Origin: an uncultured Roseivirgaceae bacterium
GTDB taxonomy: Bacteria > Bacteroidota > Bacteroidia > Cytophagales > Cyclobacteriaceae
Assembly (NCBI GenBank): GCA_964598395.1
Contig: CAZRBW010000003.1
Span: 27,972 to 91,971, forward strand
DNA: 64,000 bases
Direction: 5' to 3'
The translations under genes were made by a program, and so were the position numbers. Under the pieces are notes generated by a model, which saw only the letters and a list, made by a program, of their open reading frames with translations, did not search any database and was not told the origin of the DNA. This document shows positions 50,961-63,800 of the stretch, in pieces (within the stretch, counting starts at the first letter, position 1; every line of letters starts with the position of its first letter).

Positions 50961-51506
50961 TTACTCTGGAAGTACTACACCGTCAATTACGTGTACAACA
51001 CCATTTGTACCAACTAAATCAGCAGCGATTACTTTCGCGCCGTTGATCATAACATTGCCATCAGCAATAGTCACTCTCAATTGTTGGCCATTTACTGTTG
51101 TTACCATTTGACCGTCAGAAAGATCAGCAGCCATAACATTACCCGCTACTACGTGGTAAGTTAAAATGCTAGCTAGCATTTCTTTGTTTTCTGGTAATAA
51201 TAGATTAGCAACAGTTCCTTCTGGAAGGCTAGCAAAAGCAGCATTAGTTGGGGCGAATACTGTAAAAGGACCATCACCTGAAAGAACTTCTACCAAACCA
51301 GCTGCAGTAACTGCTGCTACTAGCGTAGTATGATCTGGAGAGCTGATAGCAATATCAACAACTGTGTTACTTTCAACTGGAGCTTCAATTACTTCTTCGA
51401 TTTCCTCTACTTCATTTTCAGAACCTTGTTCGCTAGAACAGCTGATCATTGTAAAGCTAGAAAATGCAATAGCAATTGCTAAGAATTTTAAATTCATCTT
51501 TTTCAT
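50961..51506 (-). CDS. Fasciclin domain-containing lipoprotein
   Basis: Lipoprotein signal (MISC) and a FAS1 pattern (TVFAPTNAAF...ILTYHVV...VHVIDGVLLP-like). Confidence 0.85.
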   Translation of the reverse strand: MKKMNLKFLAIAIAFSSFTMISCSSEQGSENEVEEIEEVIEAPVESNTVVDIAISSPDHTTLVAAVTAAGLVEVLSGDGPFTVFAPTNAAFASLPEGTVANLLLPENKEMLASILTYHVVAGNVMAADLSDGQMVTTVNGQQLRVTIADGNVMINGAKVIAADLVGTNGVVHVIDGVVLPE

Positions 51507-51671
51507 GTTTGTTTAATTTGATGCAAAGTTACAACTATTAAATAATCACTTGGTTCAAAATTTATCTATTTATTTTTTTAACGGTTAAATATGGGCGCTC
51601 TTCAGAGCTGAGAGCTCATTTAATTTAATATATAGTTGAAATTCAATTGATTAATGATTCTAAAATAAATA

Positions 51672-51704
51672 AAAATGCCTTTGATTTTTGGTCATAGGCA
51701 TTTT
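51672..51704 (-). terminator. Terminator after the cyclophilin gene
   Basis: Hairpin aaaatgcct/aggcatttt with flanking A-runs and T-runs. Confidence 0.65.
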
Positions 51705-51729
51705 AAAATGGGCTGAATTTATAAAAGGA

Positions 51730-52167
51730 TTATTCCTCGTGAATCTCAATTTTTTGGATCAAGTCACCTTGCTTTATTTGGTCAATTAAGTCTTGGCCCT
51801 CCACCACTTTGCCGAAGCAAGTATGGTTACGATCAAGATGCTGTGTGTTGTCTCTATTGTGGCAAATGAAAAATTGTGAACCACCAGTATTGCGACCAGC
51901 GTGAGCCATGCTAAGTACACCACGATCATGATATTGATTTTCGCCATCAAGTTCACAAGGAATTGTATAGCCTGGGCCACCAGCACCAGTACCATTAGGG
52001 CAGCCACCTTGAACCACGAAGTTTGGAATTACACGGTGGAATTTTAAACCATCATAATAGCCTTCCTTTGCTAGTTTTACAAAATTGGCTACTGTGCCAG
52101 GAGCGTCTTTTTCATAAAAGTCTACTTTCATGGCTCCATTGGCAGTATGTATTGTTGCAGTAATCAT
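51730..52167 (-). CDS. Cyclophilin-type peptidyl-prolyl cis-trans isomerase
   Basis: Has the FHRVIPNFVVQGG and GGSQFFI motifs. Confidence 0.95.
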   Translation of the reverse strand: MITATIHTANGAMKVDFYEKDAPGTVANFVKLAKEGYYDGLKFHRVIPNFVVQGGCPNGTGAGGPGYTIPCELDGENQYHDRGVLSMAHAGRNTGGSQFFICHNRDNTQHLDRNHTCFGKVVEGQDLIDQIKQGDLIQKIEIHEE

Positions 52168-52356
52168 ATGTTAAATTTTTTACGAAATTAGGGATTGAGG
52201 AGGTATTTTTTACTCTATTATTCATTTTAATTCAATAGAGGCAATTTTTGCAGACGACAATTTCCCTCCCGCTTTGTTTTTTTGCTCAAATTGAAAATAG
52301 AAAAGCGCTTACCATAAATATGATAAACGCTTTCTCAACCATCTAACACCTATTTT

Positions 52357-52893
52357 TTAAGCTTGTACAGCAAATTGCACTTCAGCTTGAATACGTACAT
52401 CGTCACTTACCAAAACACCACCTGCTTCTAATGCAGCATTCCAGTTTAGTCCCCAATCTTTTCTATTGATTTTGCCACTCAAAGAGAAACCAGCTTTGTC
52501 ATTTCCCCAAGGGTCTTTCATAATACCACCAAATTCCACATCTAGTGTTACTTCATTGGTGACACCTTTTATAGTAAGGTCACCTTTCAATTTGAAGTTC
52601 TCATCATCTAACTTCTCGAATGATGTTCCTTCGAATGTTAATTCTTTGTGAGTGTCGGTATCGAAGAAATCGCCACTTCTCAAGTGTGCATCCCTGTCGT
52701 TATTGTTTGTGAAGACTGATGCAGCATCAATTGTTACTTTCACTTTTGCTTTGCTGAAATCATCTCCATTGGTTACAATCGTAGCATTGAACGTTCTGAA
52801 TTCACCTTTCACATTTGTGATCATAAGGTGCTTCACTTTAAATAAGATTTCACTGTGCGTTGGGTCAATTGCCCATGTTTTTGTGTTAGCCAT
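52357..52893 (-). CDS. YceI family protein
   Basis: 178 aa with a YceI-like pattern (W.IDP.HSEI.FKVKH..., RDAHLRS.DFFD). Confidence 0.85.
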   Translation of the reverse strand: MANTKTWAIDPTHSEILFKVKHLMITNVKGEFRTFNATIVTNGDDFSKAKVKVTIDAASVFTNNNDRDAHLRSGDFFDTDTHKELTFEGTSFEKLDDENFKLKGDLTIKGVTNEVTLDVEFGGIMKDPWGNDKAGFSLSGKINRKDWGLNWNAALEAGGVLVSDDVRIQAEVQFAVQA

Positions 52894-52992
52894 TCTATTA
52901 TTATTTTATTTAGTTTTTCATTTGATGATACAAATGTCCAACTCAAAAACTTGAAAGCTGTTCACCTATGTTAATAAATGATGTATATACAT

Positions 52993-53592
52993 CTATTTTT
53001 GCGAAATCAATTCTTTTCTGATTCTGCTAAGGGATTGTGGCTTGATTCCCAAATAGGTAGCGATGAGGTATTGTGGGATGCGTTGGGTGAAATGAGGGTA
53101 TTTGGTTGCGAACTCAAGGTATCGTTTGCTTGCTTCTTCGCTATTGGTCTTCGCCAATCTGTACTGCAAATTGATAAAAGCATTCTGGATGAGTATTCTG
53201 AAAAAGTGTTCGAACAGATGGCTTTCTTTGCAAATGGCTTCATAGCTTTCCTTGTTGATTACCAAGACATCCGAATCCTCAAGTGTTTCGATTGTGTAAA
53301 TGCCACTTTGGCCTGAGAAAAAGCTGTAGTGGTCCGTAATCCAATAGCCTTCCAATGCAAATTGAATTACATTTTTCTCTCCTTTTTCATTTATCAGATA
53401 GGAGTAGGCCGAGCCCTTCAGAAAGAAATATACGTATTTGCAATACTGTCCTTCTTCTGCCAAAATCGTCTTTTTATTAAATGATCTGACGAAAATATGC
53501 TTCCAAATGATGGAGAAATCTTTATCACTAATCTTTTTGCTAATAGTGCGCTCAATGTTATGCTTGAGTAGTGATTGTTGTTTTGCTTCCAC
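52993..53592 (-). CDS. Crp/Fnr family transcriptional regulator
   Basis: cNMP-binding-like N-domain plus a C-terminal HTH (IPQYLIATYLGIKPQSLSRIRK). Confidence 0.8.
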   Translation of the reverse strand: MEAKQQSLLKHNIERTISKKISDKDFSIIWKHIFVRSFNKKTILAEEGQYCKYVYFFLKGSAYSYLINEKGEKNVIQFALEGYWITDHYSFFSGQSGIYTIETLEDSDVLVINKESYEAICKESHLFEHFFRILIQNAFINLQYRLAKTNSEEASKRYLEFATKYPHFTQRIPQYLIATYLGIKPQSLSRIRKELISQK

Positions 53593-53658
53593 AATTAAAA
53601 ATATGAATTAAAAATTCAGCACGTAAAGTCGAAATTTATTCATCTTAAAAATCTTAAA

Positions 53659-54516
53659 TCATTCGGTTGAATCCATAAAATCCAGAATCCATTTATACGC
53701 CTTATTTGGTGTGTAAATGAATTGGACAATCATGGGTTTATGTTTTTTTCCTTTTTGGAGATAGTAGTTCGGGTTTGGGTTATACTTTTGATACTCTTCC
53801 AAAAAGCGGGTGGTTGTTAGTTCGATTCCTGGTAGTGTCTTTTCGCCCATCAGGATGATCATTGGTGTGGTATTTTTATCTAAATAATAATAAGGAGAAG
53901 TATCTTTCCATACTTGTGGGTTTTCTGTAAATGCCTCAAGGTAAATATTCCCAGAAGGATAATTCATTTGATTCAAAAACCAGTACATATCGAGTCCTGC
54001 AGCATCAATCAATACAGTGCCTTTTATTGGATTTTCTACATTAAGACTATCGAAATAGACATCTCGAACGGAAATCAAACTAGCCAAATGACCTCCCGCC
54101 GAATGACCCGAAACGAATATCCTATCAGGATTGCCACCATAATTCTGAATGTTATCATGCACCCATTGCACAGCTTGGGATGAGGCTTTGGCCATATCAT
54201 GTACTTGATATTCGGGACTCAGTGGATAGTCAATAATTACCGTCACAATTCCCTTTCGTGCGAAGCGGCTTCCCAAGAAATTGTAAATATCCTTATTGCC
54301 CGAATTCCAACTTCCGCCATGGATAAAGATTAAGACGTCATTTTGACCATTGGATTTCTTCGGACTGAAGATATTTAGTTGCTTTTCGGGCAAGGAGCTC
54401 AAAAAGCCATTTTCCATGTAGGTAATGTCCTTGTACTTATTTACGCCTTTGAATGAGCAGGAAAGTGAAAGCAGTACAATTCCTGTAAGTGGTAAAAGCT
54501 TGATTAATGTTTTCAA
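53659..54516 (-). CDS. Alpha/beta hydrolase (esterase/lipase type)
   Basis: Has the HGGSW oxyanion motif and the GHSAGG nucleophile elbow. Lipoprotein-like signal. Confidence 0.8.
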   Translation of the reverse strand: MKTLIKLLPLTGIVLLSLSCSFKGVNKYKDITYMENGFLSSLPEKQLNIFSPKKSNGQNDVLIFIHGGSWNSGNKDIYNFLGSRFARKGIVTVIIDYPLSPEYQVHDMAKASSQAVQWVHDNIQNYGGNPDRIFVSGHSAGGHLASLISVRDVYFDSLNVENPIKGTVLIDAAGLDMYWFLNQMNYPSGNIYLEAFTENPQVWKDTSPYYYLDKNTTPMIILMGEKTLPGIELTTTRFLEEYQKYNPNPNYYLQKGKKHKPMIVQFIYTPNKAYKWILDFMDSTE

Positions 54517-54665
54517 TTCTTTTCTGATTAAAACTCAAAAGTGAAGGTAAGGTTTGGAATGGGATGATTAAGTCATAAATAGATTTTTTTCGCAGAATAC
54601 GCTGAAATATAAAAGCCAGTCGAATGTGACTGGCTTTTAGGATCTTCTAGAAAATAAGTTAGCTT

Positions 54666-56984
<2,319 letters not shown>

Positions 56985-57656
56985 TTAGTCTTAAATATTT
57001 CAACAAGACTTAGATTTTTTTAAAATACTGTTTTCTTATTCGATGTTAAAATCAATTTTAAGATTGCTTTAACTCTTCTAAAGTTCTTAAATCTAATGCA
57101 TTGATCTCAACCGAAAATGTAATAATCTTGAAAAAAGAGGTTTTTTATATTGATCAAATGATTTTAAAACTAGGCTGATCTTTGGCAGACAAAGTGGTTT
57201 TAATTTTCCTTTTAGAATAATGTGTCTCTATATTTAGTTTCAAGCCTTCAAGCTGATTCCTCAAGCCAAATTTAATTGTGTCGAATGAGCTATAAGCAGA
57301 TGTCTTGATAAGCCTTCTCTTAATTTAGTTCATGAGCAAATTGTATAACCTAAATTCACCTATTTTTCAATTTTTTTTACACGCAAATAATTTCTGTCTT
57401 TTAATCAGTGCTTTATGGTTTTTCTCTTTTCCTCCATTATTCAATATTAAAATTTTATATACAAGCAGGGGTTTAGCTTCATTGGTTTATAAAAAGATTA
57501 TTAACATAAGATTCTGTTAAACAGTTAATTAGCAATTTAATATTTCCATTAGGAAGGTTTTGTTAATATAATGTATGTATAAGATTGAGGATAATTATGC
57601 CTAGATTTTAAAATCATTTCAGACAAATGCAGTCAAATTTCAAAAATAAATACCCT

Positions 57657-60600
57657 ATGAAACGATTAACCTTACTGCTTTTTACCCTCTTGATTTCCAC
57701 CTCTATATACAGCCAATCTGGTCGAGTGGTAATTGATGAAAATAGGGAAGGTATGAAGCTGCTTGTGAATGGAGAACCATTTATGGTAAATGGCATGAAC
57801 TGGGATTATTTCCCAATCGGTACCAACTTTTCCTATAGCTTATGGAATCAGCCAGATGACTTTATAATGAAGGCGCTGGATGATGAAATGTCCCTGCTGA
57901 AAAATATGGGTGTAAATACGATTAGAGTTTACACGGGTATTCAGAGAAAATGGATTCAGTATATATATGAAAAGCATGGTATTTACACGATGTTAAATCA
58001 CTCATTTGGTAGATACGGACTTACTTTAAATGGCACATGGGCACCTAATACCGATTATGCTGATCCAAGAGTAAGAGAGGTGTTGTTGCGGGAGGTTACT
58101 GAAATGGTACAGGAGTTTAGAGGCACACCTGGCCTGCTATTGTATCTGCTAGGTAATGAAAACAACTACGGATTGTTTTGGGATGGAGCAGAAACTGAAG
58201 ATATACCTGTAGAGGATAGACAATCAACCATCAGAGCAGAATCAATGTACAAGCTTTTCAATGAAGCTACACTTGCTATGAAAGCGGTGGATTCGTCAAA
58301 TCCAATCGCTATATGTAATGGTGATCTACTCTTTTTAGATCTGATTGCTGAAGAATGTAAAGACATAGATATACTTGGTATTAACGTTTACCGTGGCATT
58401 TCATTTACTGATATGTTTGATAGAGTGAAGAATGAGTTTGGTAAACCTGTACTTCTTACTGAATTTGGTAGTGATGCTTTCAATGCGCTCACAAATGAAG
58501 AAGATCAACAATCTCAAGCAATTTATAATCTTGCCAACTGGAAAGAAATATATGAAAATGCAGCCGGTTTAGGTAAAGCTGGAAATTCGCTTGGTGGTTT
58601 CACATTTCAATTTAGTGATGGCTGGTGGAAATATGGCCAGACAACAAATTTAAGTGTACATGACAACAATGCTTCATGGTCGAATGGAGGGTATCAATTC
58701 GACTATGTTGAGGGCGAAAATAATATGAATGAAGAGTGGTTTGGGATTGCTGCTAAAGGACCAACCAACGCAATGGGCTTTTATCAACTTTATCCCCGTA
58801 CTGCTTATTATGTATTGAAAGAAGCCCATCAGGTTAATCCTTATTCAAGTGGAACTTCGTTAGCTTCCATTCAAAGAGACTTCGCGCAAATTAAAATCAC
58901 TGATGCATTTTTAAGAGCTAGAGGAGATAAGGCTGCACTTCAAGGAGATCAATTAAGTAAAATCAGTTTGAGCAGACTTAGTGCTCAATTTTCCACATTC
59001 AATACGGGAGGTAGTTTAATCACGACACCAAGTTCAGCGATCCCTGGAAGCAATGATTTTCCAAACCAATTGGGCTTCGACCACATGCAATCATTTTTTG
59101 TAGGTGTGCAGGCCAATCCAGCTCCTGAGTTTAGAGCCAATGTTGAATTCAATATTTTGGGCAATGTAGCTCGCAACCCAATAGATCAGATTTTCTACGA
59201 AAATAGAGGAAGGCCAGTAGAAGTTCGATCACCCAATGGCACCATTGAATTGCAGTCTGAAAATAGAGTTCAAGTATATCAGGCGAGCTATGAATGGAAT
59301 CATAAAATGTTCAATTTGAATGGATTCTATCGTACAGGTCATTACCATTGGGGCTACGAAGGAGATTTCTTCGGTCTCTATCCAGAAGCGAACTATGGCC
59401 CAATGATCGATATATATAATGGTATGGCACCATTTGGTATTGAGATGGAAGGGAAGAAACAATTAAAAGATTTTAAACTAGCATTCGGGCCAGAATTGTG
59501 GTGGGGAGCTAACCCAGCCTTTTTGTTAAAGTACAGAAAGGAACTAGGTAAGAGCACTACAGTAACTGGTATTTTCCATGAGGATTTACAGCAACGAGGT
59601 CTTTCAGAAAGTTCCTTTGCTATTCCTCAGCCGAAAACGAGAAGACTGAGTGTTCACTTGAATCAAGACCTTGGAAAATTTGGAATTGATCTTGGAGGTG
59701 TATGGGGTGGCCAACCTTTGCAGGGAAGGGTATTCCAAGCAGTGAGAGAGGAAAGTACTGGTATGGCAATTTATCAAGACCAAATCAGAGCTAAGGATAA
59801 CTTCGGCGGAAAAGCGAAATTAACTTACGAGGGAGGGAAATTCAATTGGTATGCACAATCGGCTGCTATGGGATTAGTTGCTCAAGGTGGCGCCGACCAA
59901 ACATTAACATTCACAGGCTGGAGACTAAAGGATAGCGGAAGTGGCAATCAATACAATTTCCTCTCTGGATTTACTTACAATGTAGGCAACCTTCAAATTG
60001 CGCCTAATTTCCTTTGGCAAAAGCCACTTGAAGGGCCGATTCCAACTACTATAGGAGGTGCGGCTCGCCCAAGAAATATTCTCGACGACCCATTCGTAGT
60101 TAGAAGTAATAGAGAACAAACAGCAGGAGAAATATTATTCACTTTTGACAAAACACCAGGCACTTACATGTACGATTGGGATAGTGACAGGACGGAAGAT
60201 TCTGAATTAGCTTTCAGTCTAGGTTTTGTATTTCGACACTTGCCAACAATCCAAGATGCTGCCATAGGTATCTTACCGGATGGACGTACCTTATTTGCTT
60301 TTCCAGGCTCCGCTCCAGCGCAAGACTTATGGGAAGTGAATGCAAGAGTAGTTTCTAAACTGAGTAAGGATTTTGGATGGATTGCAAACATGTATATAGG
60401 GGATGCGCAAGCTAATGGTAGCGATGCACGTACCATCCAAAGACAAGGAATGGATTTGAGAATGATCTATAAAACGGTAAAGCTTAATTCATTCGTAAGA
60501 ATAAACGACTGGGGGCCATATGATTACCACCGAGATTTCAACCTTACTTTCCCTTCGCAATTTATGACAGATATTTCGGTAGCACTTGGCAAGCCAGATT

Positions 60601-60794
60601 GGTTCGACATGCCAGATACTCGTATTGGTCTGAGAGGTACTTACCGTACACTTGATAGATTTTCGCCTCGCTATAACCCAACTCAAACAATTGATGGCGC
60701 TGGCAATATGGTTCCTGATCCTACAGCTATTGGCTTTGGCAATGGTAATGAATGGGAAATCAGGACTTACATTTTCATTAACATCGTTAAATAA
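57657..60794 (+). CDS. Secreted clan GH-A (TIM-barrel, GH2-like) glycoside-hydrolase-like protein fused to a ~610-aa C-terminal region of unknown family
   Basis: Starts at MKRLTLLLFTLLISTSIYSQ (signal peptide); the track ORF starts 30 nt earlier. It has GNE-type acid/base (LLGNENNYG) and TEFG-type nucleophile (VLLTEFGSDAF) motifs spaced as in (beta/alpha)8 hydrolases. The C-terminal half has no motif I recognise. Confidence 0.7.
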   Translation: MKRLTLLLFTLLISTSIYSQSGRVVIDENREGMKLLVNGEPFMVNGMNWDYFPIGTNFSYSLWNQPDDFIMKALDDEMSLLKNMGVNTIRVYTGIQRKWIQYIYEKHGIYTMLNHSFGRYGLTLNGTWAPNTDYADPRVREVLLREVTEMVQEFRGTPGLLLYLLGNENNYGLFWDGAETEDIPVEDRQSTIRAESMYKLFNEATLAMKAVDSSNPIAICNGDLLFLDLIAEECKDIDILGINVYRGISFTDMFDRVKNEFGKPVLLTEFGSDAFNALTNEEDQQSQAIYNLANWKEIYENAAGLGKAGNSLGGFTFQFSDGWWKYGQTTNLSVHDNNASWSNGGYQFDYVEGENNMNEEWFGIAAKGPTNAMGFYQLYPRTAYYVLKEAHQVNPYSSGTSLASIQRDFAQIKITDAFLRARGDKAALQGDQLSKISLSRLSAQFSTFNTGGSLITTPSSAIPGSNDFPNQLGFDHMQSFFVGVQANPAPEFRANVEFNILGNVARNPIDQIFYENRGRPVEVRSPNGTIELQSENRVQVYQASYEWNHKMFNLNGFYRTGHYHWGYEGDFFGLYPEANYGPMIDIYNGMAPFGIEMEGKKQLKDFKLAFGPELWWGANPAFLLKYRKELGKSTTVTGIFHEDLQQRGLSESSFAIPQPKTRRLSVHLNQDLGKFGIDLGGVWGGQPLQGRVFQAVREESTGMAIYQDQIRAKDNFGGKAKLTYEGGKFNWYAQSAAMGLVAQGGADQTLTFTGWRLKDSGSGNQYNFLSGFTYNVGNLQIAPNFLWQKPLEGPIPTTIGGAARPRNILDDPFVVRSNREQTAGEILFTFDKTPGTYMYDWDSDRTEDSELAFSLGFVFRHLPTIQDAAIGILPDGRTLFAFPGSAPAQDLWEVNARVVSKLSKDFGWIANMYIGDAQANGSDARTIQRQGMDLRMIYKTVKLNSFVRINDWGPYDYHRDFNLTFPSQFMTDISVALGKPDWFDMPDTRIGLRGTYRTLDRFSPRYNPTQTIDGAGNMVPDPTAIGFGNGNEWEIRTYIFINIVK

Positions 60795-60805
60795 AATATT
60801 TTAGG

Positions 60806-63800
60806 ATGAGAACTTATAATAAAAATAACTGGAGGAGGGATTTTTCCATTTGTCTGCTTCTGGCACTTTCTCTTGGTTGCATTAGAGATATAGATGAGCT
60901 GGAGCCAGCCACATTCTCTACCAATCCAGCGGTATTTTTGGATGGCTTTAGTGCAGGCTTAAATTATGCAGCCTTTGGTGGATCAGTACCCACTGCATTT
61001 AACGTGGATACAGAGGTAACTTTCACTACTACATCCCAAGCTTCCATGCGATTTGAAGTGCCCGATGCAAATGACCCGAGAGGAGCATATGCGGGAGGTA
61101 CATTCTTTACCGATGTGCCAAGAGATTTATCTGAATATGACGCGCTTACTTTCTGGGCAAAAGCTAGTAAGGCAGCGACCATAGATGTAGTCGGTTTTGG
61201 CAATGATTTGGGTGAATCAAAATATCAAGTCGCACTAAATGGAATGGCCGTTAATACCAATTGGCAGAAATACTACATTCCAATCCCGGATCCAGCCAAA
61301 TTATCGGCTGAAAGAGGAATGTTTTATTATAGTGAAGGACCCGAAGAGGGTAGAGGCTATACCTTTTGGATTGATGATTTGAAATTTGAAAAGCTGGGCA
61401 CAATTTCTCAGCCACAACACAGTATTATTAGTGGTAATACTCAAGTTGAAACTTCATTTATTGGTGCAAATAGAAGGATAGATGGCTTACAATCATCATT
61501 TAATTTACCTAATGGTATAAACCAGATACTAAACATTGCTCCAAGCTATTTTGTATTCTCATCTTCCAACGAATCAATTGCTTCAGTAGATGCTGCAGGA
61601 AATGTTTCGGTAGTGGGTGGACCTGGGAATGCCATAATTTCTGCCACTTTGGGCAGTGTTCAAACTAGAGGTTCTTTGACTATTCAATCTATTGGCCAAT
61701 TCGTTGCTGCGCCAGTTCCAACTCACCCAGCAGATAGAGTAATCTCACTTTTCAGTGAAGCTTATACTAATGTGCCAGTAGATTTTTTTAATGGATATTG
61801 GGAGCCTTTCCAGACTACATTGTCTGCAGATTTCGAAGTCCAAGGAAATCGAATTTTGAATTACTTTAATTTCAATTTTGTAGGCATTCAATTTAGCTCA
61901 CCCACTATTAATGCAACTGATATGACTCACTTGCATGTGGATATTTTCATACCTAATGCGTTGAGTGGAAATGCCCGCTTAACTCTTGAAATGGTAGATA
62001 ATTTAGTGGAACCAGCAGGTATATTTACAACAAATATTCAGGCATCCCAATCTCAAGAATGGATAAGTCTGGATATCCCGCTTTCTAATTTTGCAGGACT
62101 TAAAAGCAGAGCAAATCTCTATCAATTAATCTTTGTGGATGCATCTGGAAATATCCCAGGCTTCTATGCAGATAATATTTATTTCTACAAAGCTGAAGTT
62201 CCTCCTGCTGTTTTATCGGAGCCAGCTCCTACACCAACGAGGAACGCGGCAGGTGTGATATCCATGTTTAGTGATGCTTATCCAAATGTTACGGTGGATA
62301 CTTGGAGAACAGATTGGTCCTCAGCAATCTTAGAAGATATCTCCATTCAAGGAGATGCAATTAAGAAGTATTCAGCACTTGATTTCGTAGGAATTGAAAC
62401 AGTAAGCAATCAAATCAATATCGAGAACATGACGCATCTTCACGTAGATGTATGGTCACCAAACTTCACTAATTTTGGAATTAAGTTAGTTGATTTTGGC
62501 CCTGATGGTGGATTTGCGGGAGGTGATGATACAGAGCATCAAGTGGATTTTGCTGGATTACCAACAGGCGAATGGGTGAGTTTGGATATTCCTTTAAGTA
62601 ATTTCACAGGGTTGACTACTAGAAAGAATTTAGCTCAAATGATATTGGTTTCTCAGCCATCCGGTGGTGCCATTGTTCATATTGATAATATGTATTTCTA
62701 TGATGAAAATGCTGCAACTACTCCTGTTGGGTTAACTGTACCGGCACCAACACCAACAAGACCTGCTTCTGGTGTGATATCCATGTTTAGCGATGCCTAC
62801 CCTAACGTAACAGTTGATACCTGGCGTACAGATTGGTCGTCGGCTGTATTAGAAGATATCTTGGTGCAAGGCAATGCTGTCAAAAAGTATTCTTCTTTAG
62901 ATTTTGTGGGTATTGAAACCGTAAGCAATCAAATCAATATCGAGAATATGACGCACATGCACATGGATGTGTGGTCTGCTGATTTCACCAATTTCGCGAT
63001 TAAGTTGGTGGACTTTGGCCCTGATGGAGGCTTTGGTGGAGGTGATGATACGGAGCATCAAATTAATTTTGCCACCCCAGCACAAGGTCGTTGGGTAAGT
63101 TTGGATATTCCTTTGAGCAACTTCACAAACCTAACCACCCGCAAAAATTTGGCTCAAATGATTCTCGTTGGTCAACCTTCTGGTGCTACCATTGTGCATA
63201 TCGACAATGTTTATTTTTACGATGCAAATGCAGGAAATGGATCAACAGGATTATCAACACCAGCACCTGCCCCAACCCAGCCAGCAGCTGATGTAATATC
63301 AATGTTTAGCGATAGTTACACTAATGTAACTGTAAATACCTGGCGAACAGACTGGTCATCCGCTACATTAGAAGAGTTATCTATACAAGGTAATGCAGTT
63401 AAAAAATACTCCTCATTAGATTTTGTGGGTATTGAGACTGTGAGTAACCAAATAAACATTGAGGAAATGACGCATTTCCGGATGGATGTATGGTCTGCCG
63501 ATTTCACCAGCTTTGGGATAAAGCTGGTTGATTTTGGTCCTGATGGCAGCTTTGGTGGAGGTGATGATACAGAGCATCAAGTAAATGTTGCCACACCTGC
63601 AAAGAGCCGTTGGGTAAGCTTAGATATACCATTGAGTAGTTTCGCAGGCCTAACCACCCGCAAGAATTTGGCTCAAATGATTCTTGTGGCACAGCCATCT
63701 GGTGCAGCAACTGTTTATGTTGACAACGTCTTTTTCTACAAAACCAGTGGAAATGGAGGAGGCGGATCTCAAACTGGTACAGCCATATTTGAGGAATCAT

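Noticed and set aside
57332-57520. 62-aa ORF in the katG/GH intergenic region.
   Set aside because: The translation is low-complexity and Phe/Leu/Asn-rich, as expected from AT-rich DNA. It has no start context or recognisable features.
61709-63778. Regular repeats that might have been a CRISPR array or a satellite.
   Set aside because: The period is 519 nt with no short direct repeats or spacers. The repeats are in-frame and encode homologous protein modules of one long ORF.
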